Source: Spirochaetia bacterium (GTDB taxonomy: Bacteria > Spirochaetota > Spirochaetia > UBA9216). Taken from it: 64,000 nucleotides of DNA. Location of the stretch: contig OY776510.1 in the NCBI GenBank assembly GCA_963675665.1, positions 992,001 through 1,056,000 on the forward strand, read 5' to 3'. Numbering within the stretch: position 1 is the stretch's first letter; every line of letters begins with the position of its first letter. Positions 30,360 to 40,312 of this stretch are shown here, in pieces. The position numbers and the translations under genes were made by a program. A model generated the notes under the pieces. The model made no database searches. It was not told the DNA's origin and saw only the letters and a list, made by a program, of their open reading frames with translations.

Positions 30360-31966
30360 GCCGTAATAAAAAGAAAAAAATAATTATTGTCGGCGCGGGA
30401 ATGTCCGGGCTGACGGCGGGTGCATATATTCTCCGCGGCGGTCACGAGATCCTGATTCTTGAGAAAACTTCCGAATGCGGCGGCCTTGTCAACTCGTTTC
30501 GGAAGGACGGTTTTTTATTCGACACAGGCCCCCGGGCTGTCGGGAACGCCGGAATTCTGGTCCCGATGCTGGATGACCTCGGCATAGATCTTCCGCTGGT
30601 CAAGGGAGAGGTCTCTACCGGGATCCTTGACCGGATAGTGCATTACGATTCAAATGCCGGTGTTGATGATTTTATCGGGTCTTTGCAAAATCTTTTTCCC
30701 GAAGCTTTGAACGAGATAAAAAAGATTGAAAAATATATTCGGACATATACCTCGACAGCGGCAACCCTGAACAGGGTCCCGAACCCGTTTTTTAAAGACA
30801 TGCTGAAAGATCGGGAGTTCTTAATCAAAGAGTTTCTTCCCTGGCTGCCGTCTTTTCTTTGGGCGGCGCTGCGCACCGGTATGTTCAGCAGATCAATTGA
30901 AGATGTTCTGGGGACAATTTCCAGGAACAAGTCTCTGAACGATATGGTTTCACAGCATTTTTTCAAGGGGACGCCGGCAAATTTTGCTTTCGGGTATTTT
31001 GAAAACTTCCGGGATTATAAATATCCTGCAGGGGGAACGGCAGAGCTTCCAAAAGCTTTAGCCCGGAAGATCATTGCCGGAGGCGGGGCCGTTCAGTATG
31101 ATACGGAAATTACCGGCATAAACCCTGTTGAAAAGATATTGACGGACCAAAACGGAAACAGTTATTCCTATGATTTGCTGTTATGGGCCGGTGATCTGAA
31201 CAGCCTTTACAGGCTTTCGAACTGTGTCAACTGCCCGGCGAAGGTCCGGAATTCCGTTGCCGGAGAACGGCAAAGGTATCAGTCTGTTGCTTCCGGAGAG
31301 TCGGTGCTTTCGGTTTTCCTGGCGGTTGATGAGAAGCCGGAGTTTTTTAAGAGGATATCAAGGGGCCATTTTATCTATACTCCCAGGCTGGACGGGCTTG
31401 GAGAGCTGCACAGAAAACAGCTGAAGCAGATTAAATCGGAGTTTCAGCACATCTCAAAGCAGGAACTGTTTAACTGGCTGAAGGATTTCTGCCGGTATAA
31501 TTCATACGAAATATCGATACCTGTGCTGAAAGACAGTTCATTGGCGCCGGAGAATAAAACAGGATTGATTATCAGCCTGCTTTTCGACGGGGAATTGTTT
31601 GAAATGGCGGAGAAAGCGGGCTGGTACGAAGAGTTTAAAGAAAAAGCAGTAAGCAATATGATTGATTCGCTTGATCAGTCCGTTTACCCCGGATTGAAAA
31701 AGAAGATTATCTTTCAAAAATCCGCCACCCCGCTTACCCTGATGAAAATGTTTAAAACCGGACACGGGGCAATTACCGGCTGGAGCCTGGAAGAAAAAGC
31801 CCCTGTCCCGGACAGTCTGATGAAGATAACGGGGACGGCTGGAACTTCCATCCCGAATGTTTACAAGGCGGGACAGTGGTGCTACAGCCCTTCGGGGGTC
31901 CCGATTGCGATACTTACGGGGAGGATAGCCGCCGGCGAGATCCTGAAAGAAGCAAGGCGGTTATAA
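30344..31966 (+). CDS. Phytoene desaturase/CrtI-like FAD-dependent oxidoreductase
   Basis: GAGMSGL, FDTGP, YPAGG, ATPLT, GAITGW, AGQW. Confidence 0.85.
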   Translation: MPTEVSRNKKKKIIIVGAGMSGLTAGAYILRGGHEILILEKTSECGGLVNSFRKDGFLFDTGPRAVGNAGILVPMLDDLGIDLPLVKGEVSTGILDRIVHYDSNAGVDDFIGSLQNLFPEALNEIKKIEKYIRTYTSTAATLNRVPNPFFKDMLKDREFLIKEFLPWLPSFLWAALRTGMFSRSIEDVLGTISRNKSLNDMVSQHFFKGTPANFAFGYFENFRDYKYPAGGTAELPKALARKIIAGGGAVQYDTEITGINPVEKILTDQNGNSYSYDLLLWAGDLNSLYRLSNCVNCPAKVRNSVAGERQRYQSVASGESVLSVFLAVDEKPEFFKRISRGHFIYTPRLDGLGELHRKQLKQIKSEFQHISKQELFNWLKDFCRYNSYEISIPVLKDSSLAPENKTGLIISLLFDGELFEMAEKAGWYEEFKEKAVSNMIDSLDQSVYPGLKKKIIFQKSATPLTLMKMFKTGHGAITGWSLEEKAPVPDSLMKITGTAGTSIPNVYKAGQWCYSPSGVPIAILTGRIAAGEILKEARRL

Positions 31967-32974
31967 AAGCAGCATAAGCAGCAGAAATAGAATAATTCCC
32001 AGGTTGACCAGAGATGAAACAATAAAACCGACCAAAAGCGGTTTTTTAATGTCGTTGCCGGACATTGTCTTAAAGCCGGTTCTGTCGAGAAAATTCCTGA
32101 CCTGGTTTTCCAGACCTGTTTTATCGTTAAGTTCGTTTCTTTTCAGATCCTGCTTGATTATAAAATGCTGGCTGTAGGGAAAGATTGCAGCGCTTTCCGG
32201 TTTTTCTGTTTCGATAATGCTGTCCAGGTATGAATTAGTTGTAATTTCAATCTTGTCAACGGGAATATTCAGCGCTTCTTTCATCAAAACAGGATCAAAT
32301 ATCAGGCTGAAATTTTTGGAAGATTCGTCCCTGAGTTCGCCGCCGTAATCTACGGACATGTTTCCTTCAACCCAAAGCGCTTCGTCCAGCTGATCGAAGC
32401 TGCCGCTGCCCAAATCGATTTTTACCGAGAACTCCCGGTTTTTTTTGCTGTTTTTAAAATTTACCAGCAATTCACCGTACGGCGTTGTTGTGAATACGGT
32501 CGGATCGCTTGTGTAGCCGCAGAAGCCGTTTTTGGGATCATGGCTGTTAGTGTTGGTTTCATAATCGGATATAATCCAGGAAACCAGACCTGTTTCCCTG
32601 TTTCGGGCAATAATATAAAACTCAAGCCGGGTGCCGATGAACGCCGAGGTCCGGGCTGAAAATGCGCTGAAAATGACCATCGGATATTTTTCTTCGTTAC
32701 TGAAAAAGGAAGCCTCCGCCAGCTCGTATCCGTCGGGAAGCATTGCCTGTGCGGCGGCTGTGTCTTTTATTCTGTAAGAGAGAAAAAAGCAGTATGGATC
32801 AACAATAAATCCCATATAGGGAATCTTTCTGCTTCCCTTTTCCATGATTTTATGCTGTGCTTTTTTTGACAGCAGTTTGTTAAAGTCGCCGAGAAAGCTA
32901 ATCGCCGTAACATCCTGAGGTTTAACCAGTGATTCTGTTTTGTGAATAAAATCTCTGTTTTCTTCTCTATTCAT
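31961..32974 (-). CDS. Hypothetical protein, acetoacetate-decarboxylase-like fold, C-terminal TM anchor (paralog A)
   Basis: PYMGF, AMLPDGYEL, SWII, LWVEGN, IFDP, FPYSQH shared with the neighbouring gene; fold call is tentative. Confidence 0.65.
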   Translation of the reverse strand: MNREENRDFIHKTESLVKPQDVTAISFLGDFNKLLSKKAQHKIMEKGSRKIPYMGFIVDPYCFFLSYRIKDTAAAQAMLPDGYELAEASFFSNEEKYPMVIFSAFSARTSAFIGTRLEFYIIARNRETGLVSWIISDYETNTNSHDPKNGFCGYTSDPTVFTTTPYGELLVNFKNSKKNREFSVKIDLGSGSFDQLDEALWVEGNMSVDYGGELRDESSKNFSLIFDPVLMKEALNIPVDKIEITTNSYLDSIIETEKPESAAIFPYSQHFIIKQDLKRNELNDKTGLENQVRNFLDRTGFKTMSGNDIKKPLLVGFIVSSLVNLGIILFLLLMLLL

Positions 32975-32986
32975 TTCAACCCGCCG

Positions 32987-33991
32987 TTAAATATTAAGAA
33001 TTAATAATATTAAAAGCAATAGTGATATTATGGGAGATATAAGAATACCGGCAAGAAAAAGTCTTTTAATTGATTTGGTGGAAAAGGTTTTTATCCCAGC
33101 CATCTCCGTCATTTTATTGTAATTTTTTATCAGATCACCGGTATTTTTTATATATGTTCGGCAGCCGGGGCTGTCCGCAATATAGTGTTGGGTAAACGGA
33201 AAACAGGCGACTTTTGCAAGGTCCTGCTCCGCGAAATCGGGAACCAGCGTGTTTTTTGTTATATTAAAATCCCCGGGAGGGATGTCCATGGCCCTTGAGA
33301 CTTCGGAAGGATCAAATATAACGGCAAAAGGGTCGTCGCCGTAATCGGAAATAGCTTTGATGTGTCCTATTGAGGTATTGCCGTTTACCCAAAGGGGCTG
33401 ATCGGGTCTCCGGATTATTCCGTTATTAATATTGCCTTTTAACACAAGCTGCCGGTCTGAGTTATCATCTTTTATATCGAGATAGATATCTCCTTTGGAG
33501 CTGGTCGTGAATATTGCGTTTTTACTGTTCGGATCAGCAATGCCCTCGGACGGCAATGCAATTATCGTGTTGCTCAGAATATCGAAGAATATCCAGGATA
33601 TAAGACCCGTCTGCCTGTCTCTTGCAATAAGGTAAGATTCCAGCCTTATTCCCCAGAACGTGCTTCCGCGTGTATTTAAATTTCCTATGCCGAAATAATA
33701 ATCGGGCTCATCCTCTTCAAACACCCTGGCCTTTACAAGCTCAAAACGGTCGGGAAGCAATGATTTTGCTTTTTCAATATCCTTAAGTTTGAAAAACAGA
33801 AACAGGCTGTAGGGCTCTATTACAAATCCCATATACGGGGTTTTTTTTGAAGTTTTAATCAGTAATTTCTTGAACAGGGCCTGCGGCATAAGCTTTCTGA
33901 AACCCTGGAAAAAGAAAAGATTGCAGACCTCCGCCGGATCAATTAATTCTTCTACTGTTCTGATAAACTTTTCTTCATTTTTTATCTGCAT
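32987..33991 (-). CDS. Hypothetical protein, acetoacetate-decarboxylase-like fold, C-terminal TM anchor (paralog B)
   Basis: PYMGF, SLLPDRFEL, SWIF, LWVNGN, IFDP, FPFTQH; ATG 33991 has a GGAG RBS. Confidence 0.65.
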   Translation of the reverse strand: MQIKNEEKFIRTVEELIDPAEVCNLFFFQGFRKLMPQALFKKLLIKTSKKTPYMGFVIEPYSLFLFFKLKDIEKAKSLLPDRFELVKARVFEEDEPDYYFGIGNLNTRGSTFWGIRLESYLIARDRQTGLISWIFFDILSNTIIALPSEGIADPNSKNAIFTTSSKGDIYLDIKDDNSDRQLVLKGNINNGIIRRPDQPLWVNGNTSIGHIKAISDYGDDPFAVIFDPSEVSRAMDIPPGDFNITKNTLVPDFAEQDLAKVACFPFTQHYIADSPGCRTYIKNTGDLIKNYNKMTEMAGIKTFSTKSIKRLFLAGILISPIISLLLLILLILNI

Positions 33992-34080
33992 AAACAGGCT
34001 CTCCAAATAAAAATTTAGAAAATGAAGTCTATATATTACATAATTCTAATGCATTGCCGGAGCATTGTCAGCAATATATT

Positions 34081-34527
34081 CTAAAAAACTCCTGATGAAA
34101 ACAGGCTGATAAAAAGAGCCGCCAAAAAAACCAGAATAAATACAGTTATCATTATTAAAAGGGTTCTTGAATATCCTTCCGGAGTGATTGAATGCTGTTT
34201 GTCCATCTCGCGGATTGCCGGGTATAGCCGCCAGTAGAACGATGCAATCGACAAAATAAGCGCTGCGACTGCAAAGAACCTTGTATTCCGGCTGCCTGTA
34301 ATAAGCACGACAATCAGGAGGGCTATAAAAATCAGCTTGGTTCCTGCAACCCAGTTAATAAGATATTTTATAAATGTATGGATCTCCGGAAATTCCTTTG
34401 ATTTTTCATATGCATTGAAAATTCCGACCCCGTTTCCTTTTTTTGAACCGGGCGCAAAATAAAGCATAATAATATTCATTGTTTCGATAACTATGAATAG
34501 AATAATCACGACAGACAGTGCGTCCAT
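34081..34527 (-). CDS. Hypothetical membrane protein
   Basis: Four TM segments, NWVAGTKLIFI, ITPEGYS; GGAG RBS. Confidence 0.75.
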   Translation of the reverse strand: MDALSVVIILFIVIETMNIIMLYFAPGSKKGNGVGIFNAYEKSKEFPEIHTFIKYLINWVAGTKLIFIALLIVVLITGSRNTRFFAVAALILSIASFYWRLYPAIREMDKQHSITPEGYSRTLLIMITVFILVFLAALFISLFSSGVF

Positions 34528-34627
34528 GCAGTTTCTCCGTATTAAAGATTGATAGTCAGTTTTCTCTTAATGTCATTAACTATTTTAATCTATATTTATC
34601 TGAATTATCTATGCTAAAATAGGCTTA

Positions 34628-35380
34628 ATGATAATAAAAAAGGTCCCTGCAATTATTATCCTGCAGCTGTTCTGTATTTCAATGTTACTGTCAGCCTATG
34701 ATTTAAATATATTATCCGAACAGTACCGGAATCTTCTTGAAAGGTGGATAAACAATGAGACAAGCCGTGAACAGGCTTTACTGGAGCTGTCGAATATTGA
34801 AACGGAGCTGTCCGGCGGCTCTTTAGACCGCGAAGTTCTTTACTGGAAATCAAAATTCTCCTTTTTCAGGGGTCAGATCCATTATGAGCTGGGCGATAAA
34901 GAGCTTTCCGTCGCAGAGTTGAAAAAATGTCTTGATTATGCTGAACAGGCGAATAAGATTATGGAAGATAGTGAAATTATAGGCATAATGGCGGAAGCAA
35001 ACAGCCTTCTGCTGCTGCAGATGGATTTTCTTTACAAAGCCGCGAATTATAATGTGACGATGAATCTTGTAAGCAGAGCGCTTAAGCTTGATCCGGCAAA
35101 CTCAAAAGCCGGGTTTGTGAAAGCCCAGTATCTTTGTAATGCTCCCCCGATTGCCGGCGGAGATCTCGAGGAGGGGATTCGCCTTTTTAAAACACTTGTT
35201 AACCGGTCTGATTTGGAAGATTTTGACAGATTCTATGTTCTGCAGGGTCTGGCCGAGGTGTATGAAAATGACGGCAGAATAAACGAAGCTGCGGATCTGT
35301 GCAGACAGGCTCTGATGCTGTTTCCCGGAAACAGGAAATGTAATTCTCTCCCAGTTAAAAACCCAGCTCCTCGCCTATGA
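34628..35380 (+). CDS. Exported TPR-repeat protein
   Basis: Signal peptide, ALKLDPAN, APPIAGGD, ALMLFPGN. Confidence 0.75.
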   Translation: MIIKKVPAIIILQLFCISMLLSAYDLNILSEQYRNLLERWINNETSREQALLELSNIETELSGGSLDREVLYWKSKFSFFRGQIHYELGDKELSVAELKKCLDYAEQANKIMEDSEIIGIMAEANSLLLLQMDFLYKAANYNVTMNLVSRALKLDPANSKAGFVKAQYLCNAPPIAGGDLEEGIRLFKTLVNRSDLEDFDRFYVLQGLAEVYENDGRINEAADLCRQALMLFPGNRKCNSLPVKNPAPRL

Positions 35381-36095
35381 GCACAACATGAAAATCGGAA
35401 TCATCGGGTTTCCTGTGTATTATATTTGTAATATTGCAGTATCTTTGATCGGATCTGCAATCAAGACATTTTCCGCTTTTATTACAGGCCAGTTCATTAC
35501 CATATTTGATGTTGTTCATCTGTGCCGCCACAAAACGAATCCTTTCAAGCCCCGAGTCCAGGTCTTTTACAATCTTGTTGGCGCCGGCAATAACTATTAT
35601 TCTATCCGAGCCGTAAAGACTTCCGGCAATTCTGTTTCCGGTGCCGTCGATGTTTATTATCTGGCCGTCAATCGTTATCGCATTTGCTCCGAGCATGAAA
35701 ACATCAGCAACAAGGTATTGCATAAGAATCTCTCTCGTTTCCTCCTTGTTGCCCATGATTTTAAATCCCGGGGTCTTGTGTTCAAACGCATGGTTGTTTA
35801 CGGCACAGGTGTGGGGGATAACAACACAATTCTTTTTTTCCAGGTCGTCATCCAATTCAAGGGCGAAAACGGTATGCGAGTCTCCGCACCCGACAATTCC
35901 GTCCTCCGGAATTAAATCCAGAACAAGCTTTCCGGCTTCGGTTATTGAATCACAGTAATGCGCTGTAAAATTGTTTTTGATAAGGTTCTTTACAGTTATT
36001 TTGCATTGCTGTCTGAAGTAATCTTTTTTGATAGAGCTTCTGTTAAAAGCTTCACCCCTCAGTTTGGGTAATTTAAAATTATGTAAATCAAGCAT
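35355..36095 (-). CDS. LUD-domain (lactate utilization LutB/C-like) protein
   Basis: NAITIDGQIINIDGTGNRI, GANKIV, C-terminal Cys cluster, GEELGF. Confidence 0.88.
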   Translation of the reverse strand: MLDLHNFKLPKLRGEAFNRSSIKKDYFRQQCKITVKNLIKNNFTAHYCDSITEAGKLVLDLIPEDGIVGCGDSHTVFALELDDDLEKKNCVVIPHTCAVNNHAFEHKTPGFKIMGNKEETREILMQYLVADVFMLGANAITIDGQIINIDGTGNRIAGSLYGSDRIIVIAGANKIVKDLDSGLERIRFVAAQMNNIKYGNELACNKSGKCLDCRSDQRYCNITNIIHRKPDDSDFHVVLIGEELGF

Positions 36096-36136
36096 ATGTT
36101 ATCTCCCTGTAATTGAAAAGTGGCGGATTATTGAAC

Positions 36137-36484
36137 TCAAATTGATTGCATTGCTTCTTCTATACTGTCATACATATCAATGACCTGATCAAGGCGGGTA
36201 AGCTTAAAAATATTTCCGGGAATCTCTGATAATCCTGCAAGTTTGAGCCATCCTTCTGCTTCGCGGGTACTTTTTAATGCAGAAACAAAAATTGCCAGTC
36301 CTGAACTGTCCAGGAAGGTGATGCCTGATAGATCAAAAACAAGTTCATTATATCCCTGACCGATGAGATCCTGCAGGTATTCTTTGATATCTCCTGAATT
36401 TGAAGCTGTGAGTCGGCCGGAAATTGTTATCAGGTTTCTGTTGCCGGTAATCTTCTCATTTTCTATAAGATGGTTCTCTTCCAT
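36137..36484 (-). CDS. STAS-domain anti-sigma factor antagonist (RsbV/SpoIIAA-like)
   Basis: ISGRL, DLSGITFLDSSGL with the conserved phospho-acceptor Ser, FKLTRLD. Confidence 0.92.
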   Translation of the reverse strand: MEENHLIENEKITGNRNLITISGRLTASNSGDIKEYLQDLIGQGYNELVFDLSGITFLDSSGLAIFVSALKSTREAEGWLKLAGLSEIPGNIFKLTRLDQVIDMYDSIEEAMQSI

Positions 36485-36498
36485 ATTTCTCTCCTTGA

Positions 36499-38436
36499 TT
36501 ATTCATCTTTCTCATTCATTAATTCCGGATCCGGTTGGGGGTTCCAGTTTTCCGGAAGAGTGAATACAGCTGCTCTTACGATTGTGCTGAGATTAATACT
36601 ATTATACAAAGCCCAGAAAATATTTATTCCCAGTCCTAACGGAGCATATGCTGTTCCTGAAACAATTAAGATTATAGAGTATAAGGATGCTCCGCAGGAA
36701 ATCAGGATGATAAGTAATTGAATTCTAACAAGATGAAGGAATCTGCCGGACTGCCTTTCTTTCGGAGTTACAACGAACCGGGGTTTTCGTCCCAGAAGAA
36801 CACTGACAATAGCTTTAATCCAGACAGGAAATAATGCAAGAGAGTATTGTTCGCCCCTTCGAACACTGGTTCCGTGTGAAATATATTTGAACATCAGTCT
36901 GTTAAACAGTAAAAACGGAACAAGTCTCCAGAGGAATTCCGCGGAGTAGGTGGCCACCGGCGCTATACGTGTAGTAAGGTAAATTAACGGAGATATAATA
37001 AATATTAAACTTGCAAATCCGCTGAAATATGAGTAGATCGTTGTAAAATACTGAAGCCGTTGAAAGAACGAAAGCCCCTTTACCATCAACGGATTTTCTT
37101 TTAAAAGGACCTGGATTGTTCCCTGTGCCCATCGTAATCTTTGTGATAAAACCGAACCGAGATCTTCTGGCGCCAATCCCTGCGCAAGAATTTCGTTATG
37201 ATAAATACTCTTCCATCCGAGAGAATGCAACCGTATAGAGCTTGCCATATCTTCTGTTATACTGAATGTAGCGAGAGGAAGAATGGGTATCGCTTCATCA
37301 GGCCGGGTTATCTCGAGGGTTGCCAAAAGCTCATCTGAAAGTCCGGGGAGTTTTTCTCCGGGATTTTTAACAACAAATTCTGTTTTACTGATATCATTCC
37401 TGATTTTATCAAAAACCCTGGCAACGGGTTTTTCAGTTTTAAGCATTTCATTTGATTCATACAGTGTCTTTTTAAGGGTTGATGCAAATGATTTTTCCAG
37501 TGTATTTTTTGGCCGGTACCGGGCAAGTTCATGCTGCATAAGCAAAAGGTTTTTTTTCGCCTGTTGAATTACGGTTCTTGAATATTCAATAATTCCAAGC
37601 TGAAGCAGTGCTTCCCGGCGCAGCAGAGCGTTAGAACCGCAGAAAAAAGCGGAATTCCAGCCGTCTTTACCTTCAAGAATTGGACCGTAAAAAAGTTTTG
37701 CATCCGAACCGAAAGGGTCTCCGGGAGGTGTATTGTAGAAATGCTGAGGAGTCTGCACAAAAGCAACCTTCTCGTCACTGAAGTATCCTATGGTTTTTCT
37801 AACTATCTGCGGCGATGGTATCTGATCTGCATCAAGCATCAAAATAAAATCACCCGATGTTTGAAGTAGCGCATTATTTACATTCCCGGCCTTGGCATGC
37901 ATGGGTTTCCCTTTCCAGTTTTCGCCGCGGGTTATAACCTTACAGTCATATTTTTCGGCCAGAGTTTTTATAGCTGGTCTGTTTCCGTCATCAAGAACAT
38001 ATATTATTTTTTCGGGCCAGAGGATTTTCTGTGCGGCTTGCATTGTCAAAGCGACAAGTTCCGGGGGTTCGTTGTATGTGGTGATGAAAACATCCACAGA
38101 GGCGGAAGCCGGCGGTTCCGGTGGTTTTCGGTTTACAGGTTTCCACATCATCAGCGCAAATAATATGGAATCAAAGTAGGAATATGTTTCAGCTGCTACA
38201 AGGGGAATAGCAAACCATAGAGCATTAAGGTTTAAGCTGTATCGGTAACGCCAGTAAAGATAATATGTGGCAAGGATAACCGTACAGCAAGCTAATATGC
38301 GAAAGCCTGCCGTTTTTTTCTTTACCTGATCCTTGTATTTTATAAGCCTTGTAATAATCAGGGCAACCAGAAATAGTGTAATGATTATACCTGTTATCAG
38401 GATTGTTTTATATTCAGGCAGTAAAAGAGTTTTCAT
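36499..38436 (-). CDS. Cellulose-synthase-like processive GT2 (BcsA-like) lacking PilZ
   Basis: YLYWR, DVFITTYNE, DDG, HAKAGN, DAD, QTPQ, FFCGS, TED, QRLRW, FVVTPK; protein ends after the last TM helices. Confidence 0.88.
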   Translation of the reverse strand: MKTLLLPEYKTILITGIIITLFLVALIITRLIKYKDQVKKKTAGFRILACCTVILATYYLYWRYRYSLNLNALWFAIPLVAAETYSYFDSILFALMMWKPVNRKPPEPPASASVDVFITTYNEPPELVALTMQAAQKILWPEKIIYVLDDGNRPAIKTLAEKYDCKVITRGENWKGKPMHAKAGNVNNALLQTSGDFILMLDADQIPSPQIVRKTIGYFSDEKVAFVQTPQHFYNTPPGDPFGSDAKLFYGPILEGKDGWNSAFFCGSNALLRREALLQLGIIEYSRTVIQQAKKNLLLMQHELARYRPKNTLEKSFASTLKKTLYESNEMLKTEKPVARVFDKIRNDISKTEFVVKNPGEKLPGLSDELLATLEITRPDEAIPILPLATFSITEDMASSIRLHSLGWKSIYHNEILAQGLAPEDLGSVLSQRLRWAQGTIQVLLKENPLMVKGLSFFQRLQYFTTIYSYFSGFASLIFIISPLIYLTTRIAPVATYSAEFLWRLVPFLLFNRLMFKYISHGTSVRRGEQYSLALFPVWIKAIVSVLLGRKPRFVVTPKERQSGRFLHLVRIQLLIILISCGASLYSIILIVSGTAYAPLGLGINIFWALYNSINLSTIVRAAVFTLPENWNPQPDPELMNEKDE

Positions 38437-38437
38437 A

Positions 38438-40312
38438 TCATCTCCTTTTTACGATATGCCAATGGTTACCTTGCGGTTCGACAGCGGTATGGGTAAATTC
38501 ATCGGAAAGGTTCTGTATTATTCTTAGCCCATGACCTCCCTCTTTTAGAAGATCCTCAGCCTTTGCCGGTTGAAGATCACTTGTAAATACAGGAGCAGTA
38601 TCGTAAAGATCAAGTTCCGCCTTGTCGGTATTAAGAGAGAGTTTAAGTGATACACAACCGTCAAAATTCTTGTGTGAATGCATTATTACGTTTGTAAATA
38701 GCTCGGAAGCGGAAAGTTCCATTGCATAAGAAAATTCCTGTCCATATGCCGAACAGCCGTTACGGACAATCGTGTTCATCGCCTCAAGATTTTCAAGTTT
38801 TGCTTCAAAAGAGTATTGTAAAGTTCGGGGTTTTGCAATAAAAGTAATCAGTGAGATATCGTCTGAAAGAGGTGTTTCTTTCCTGAAATCCGATACAGCT
38901 TTAATAATAGATTGGAGCCTGTCTTCTGCATTCGGAAAAGACGATGTCGTGATTGTTTCAATTAATCTGTCCATCCCGAAGAGTTCCCATTGTTCATTAT
39001 GAGCTTCCGTAATACCGTCGCTGTAAAGAATAAAAGTATCTCCCGGTGCCAGACAGGCGCTTGTTTCTGAATATTCAACCTCATCCAGGACTCCCAGAGG
39101 GATTCCTGTCGGAGACAGTAACTCAATTGAATTTTCATAAAAGCGCAACAGTATAGCCTGAGTATGTCCTGCACTGGAATAAATGAGTTCGGAAGTGTCC
39201 GGGTTAAACACAGCTGTAAAAAAAGTTACGAACTTCTCTGCCTGGCTAAGCTGGTTGTACAATTTATGATTAATCTCATGGAGAAATGAAGCCGGAGTCT
39301 CTGCGGGAGTTACTCCGGATTGTATCAGTGTTTTAATGGAGGAGGCCAGCATCGCTGCCGGAACACCTTTGCCGGAAATATCGGCCATGGCAAAAAAGCA
39401 CTTATTATCCGGCTGCAGGAAGCAGTCGTAAAGATCTCCGCTGACATATCTTGCGGGTATCGCAAGTGCGGATATATCAAATCCGTCTAATTCAGGAAGG
39501 ACTGTTGGCAGAAGGCTTGTTTGAACTTTTCCTGCCAAATCTATATCCCTGTGAAGTAAGGCAAGGTGTTCCTGAATCATTTTTTCCGTCTTTTTCCTGT
39601 CGCTTATGTCCTGCATTATAGCAACAAAGTAAGACAATTCACCCTGAGGGTTGTATACCGGAGCAATGGTTTGTTCAACAGTATACAAGGTTCCTTCGGG
39701 TTTCCGGTTTACAACTTCTCCGGTCCATACCATTCCGGAGTTTAAGGTATCTATTATGGATGTAAAAAAATTCTCACTGTGTACTCCGGAGCTTAGAATC
39801 TTTGGCGTTCTGCCTTCTATCTCTTTTCTTGTAAATCCGGAAATTTTTAAAAATGAAGAATTGACCCAGGTTACTACTTTATTTTTATTCATCAGGTAAA
39901 TTCCGTTTGCAGCCGCTTCCATGGCGGTATAACTGACCCGAAGCTGCTCTTCCTGTTCTTTCAGAAGAGTGATATCCCTTCCGGCTGCATAGAACAGGTT
40001 TTTCCACTTGTGAGGAATTATGTTCCACTGTATCCAGCGGAATTCATTTGCCTGATCTATATATTGTGTATCAAATGTAAAACTCTTTTTTTCATGTCTT
40101 GCTTTTTTTAATTGAATTTTAAAATCATTTTTATATTCACCCGGAAAAAAATCGTAAAGCGGAAGCCCTAAAGGCTTAATCCCGTTATTTGGGAATGTTT
40201 TACAGAACGAAGTATTAATTTTCTTCAGACGGCCGTCGTCCCTGATTATTGCAGAAGGGTCTGCAGAGAATGTGAAGAACCTGTTTATATTATTAAATTC
40301 CGGCAATGCCAT
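38438..40312 (-). CDS. PAS-PAS-PP2C (SpoIIE/RsbU) phosphatase fused to an RsbW-like HATPase
   Basis: Two PAS/PAC domains; VSGDLY, ADISGKGVPAA, YSDGITEA, DDIS; ELFTNVIMH...EGGHGL. Confidence 0.88.
   Translation of the reverse strand: MALPEFNNINRFFTFSADPSAIIRDDGRLKKINTSFCKTFPNNGIKPLGLPLYDFFPGEYKNDFKIQLKKARHEKKSFTFDTQYIDQANEFRWIQWNIIPHKWKNLFYAAGRDITLLKEQEEQLRVSYTAMEAAANGIYLMNKNKVVTWVNSSFLKISGFTRKEIEGRTPKILSSGVHSENFFTSIIDTLNSGMVWTGEVVNRKPEGTLYTVEQTIAPVYNPQGELSYFVAIMQDISDRKKTEKMIQEHLALLHRDIDLAGKVQTSLLPTVLPELDGFDISALAIPARYVSGDLYDCFLQPDNKCFFAMADISGKGVPAAMLASSIKTLIQSGVTPAETPASFLHEINHKLYNQLSQAEKFVTFFTAVFNPDTSELIYSSAGHTQAILLRFYENSIELLSPTGIPLGVLDEVEYSETSACLAPGDTFILYSDGITEAHNEQWELFGMDRLIETITTSSFPNAEDRLQSIIKAVSDFRKETPLSDDISLITFIAKPRTLQYSFEAKLENLEAMNTIVRNGCSAYGQEFSYAMELSASELFTNVIMHSHKNFDGCVSLKLSLNTDKAELDLYDTAPVFTSDLQPAKAEDLLKEGGHGLRIIQNLSDEFTHTAVEPQGNHWHIVKRR

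Noticed and set aside
30344-31966. Carotenoid biosynthesis (crtI)
   Set aside because: Only family-level motifs; no crtB or crtE nearby.
35388-35958. Long antisense ORFs here and opposite many other genes (e.g. 15194-15702, 52680-53225, 56812-57291)
   Set aside because: Fully overlap well-supported genes on the other strand and show no motifs.
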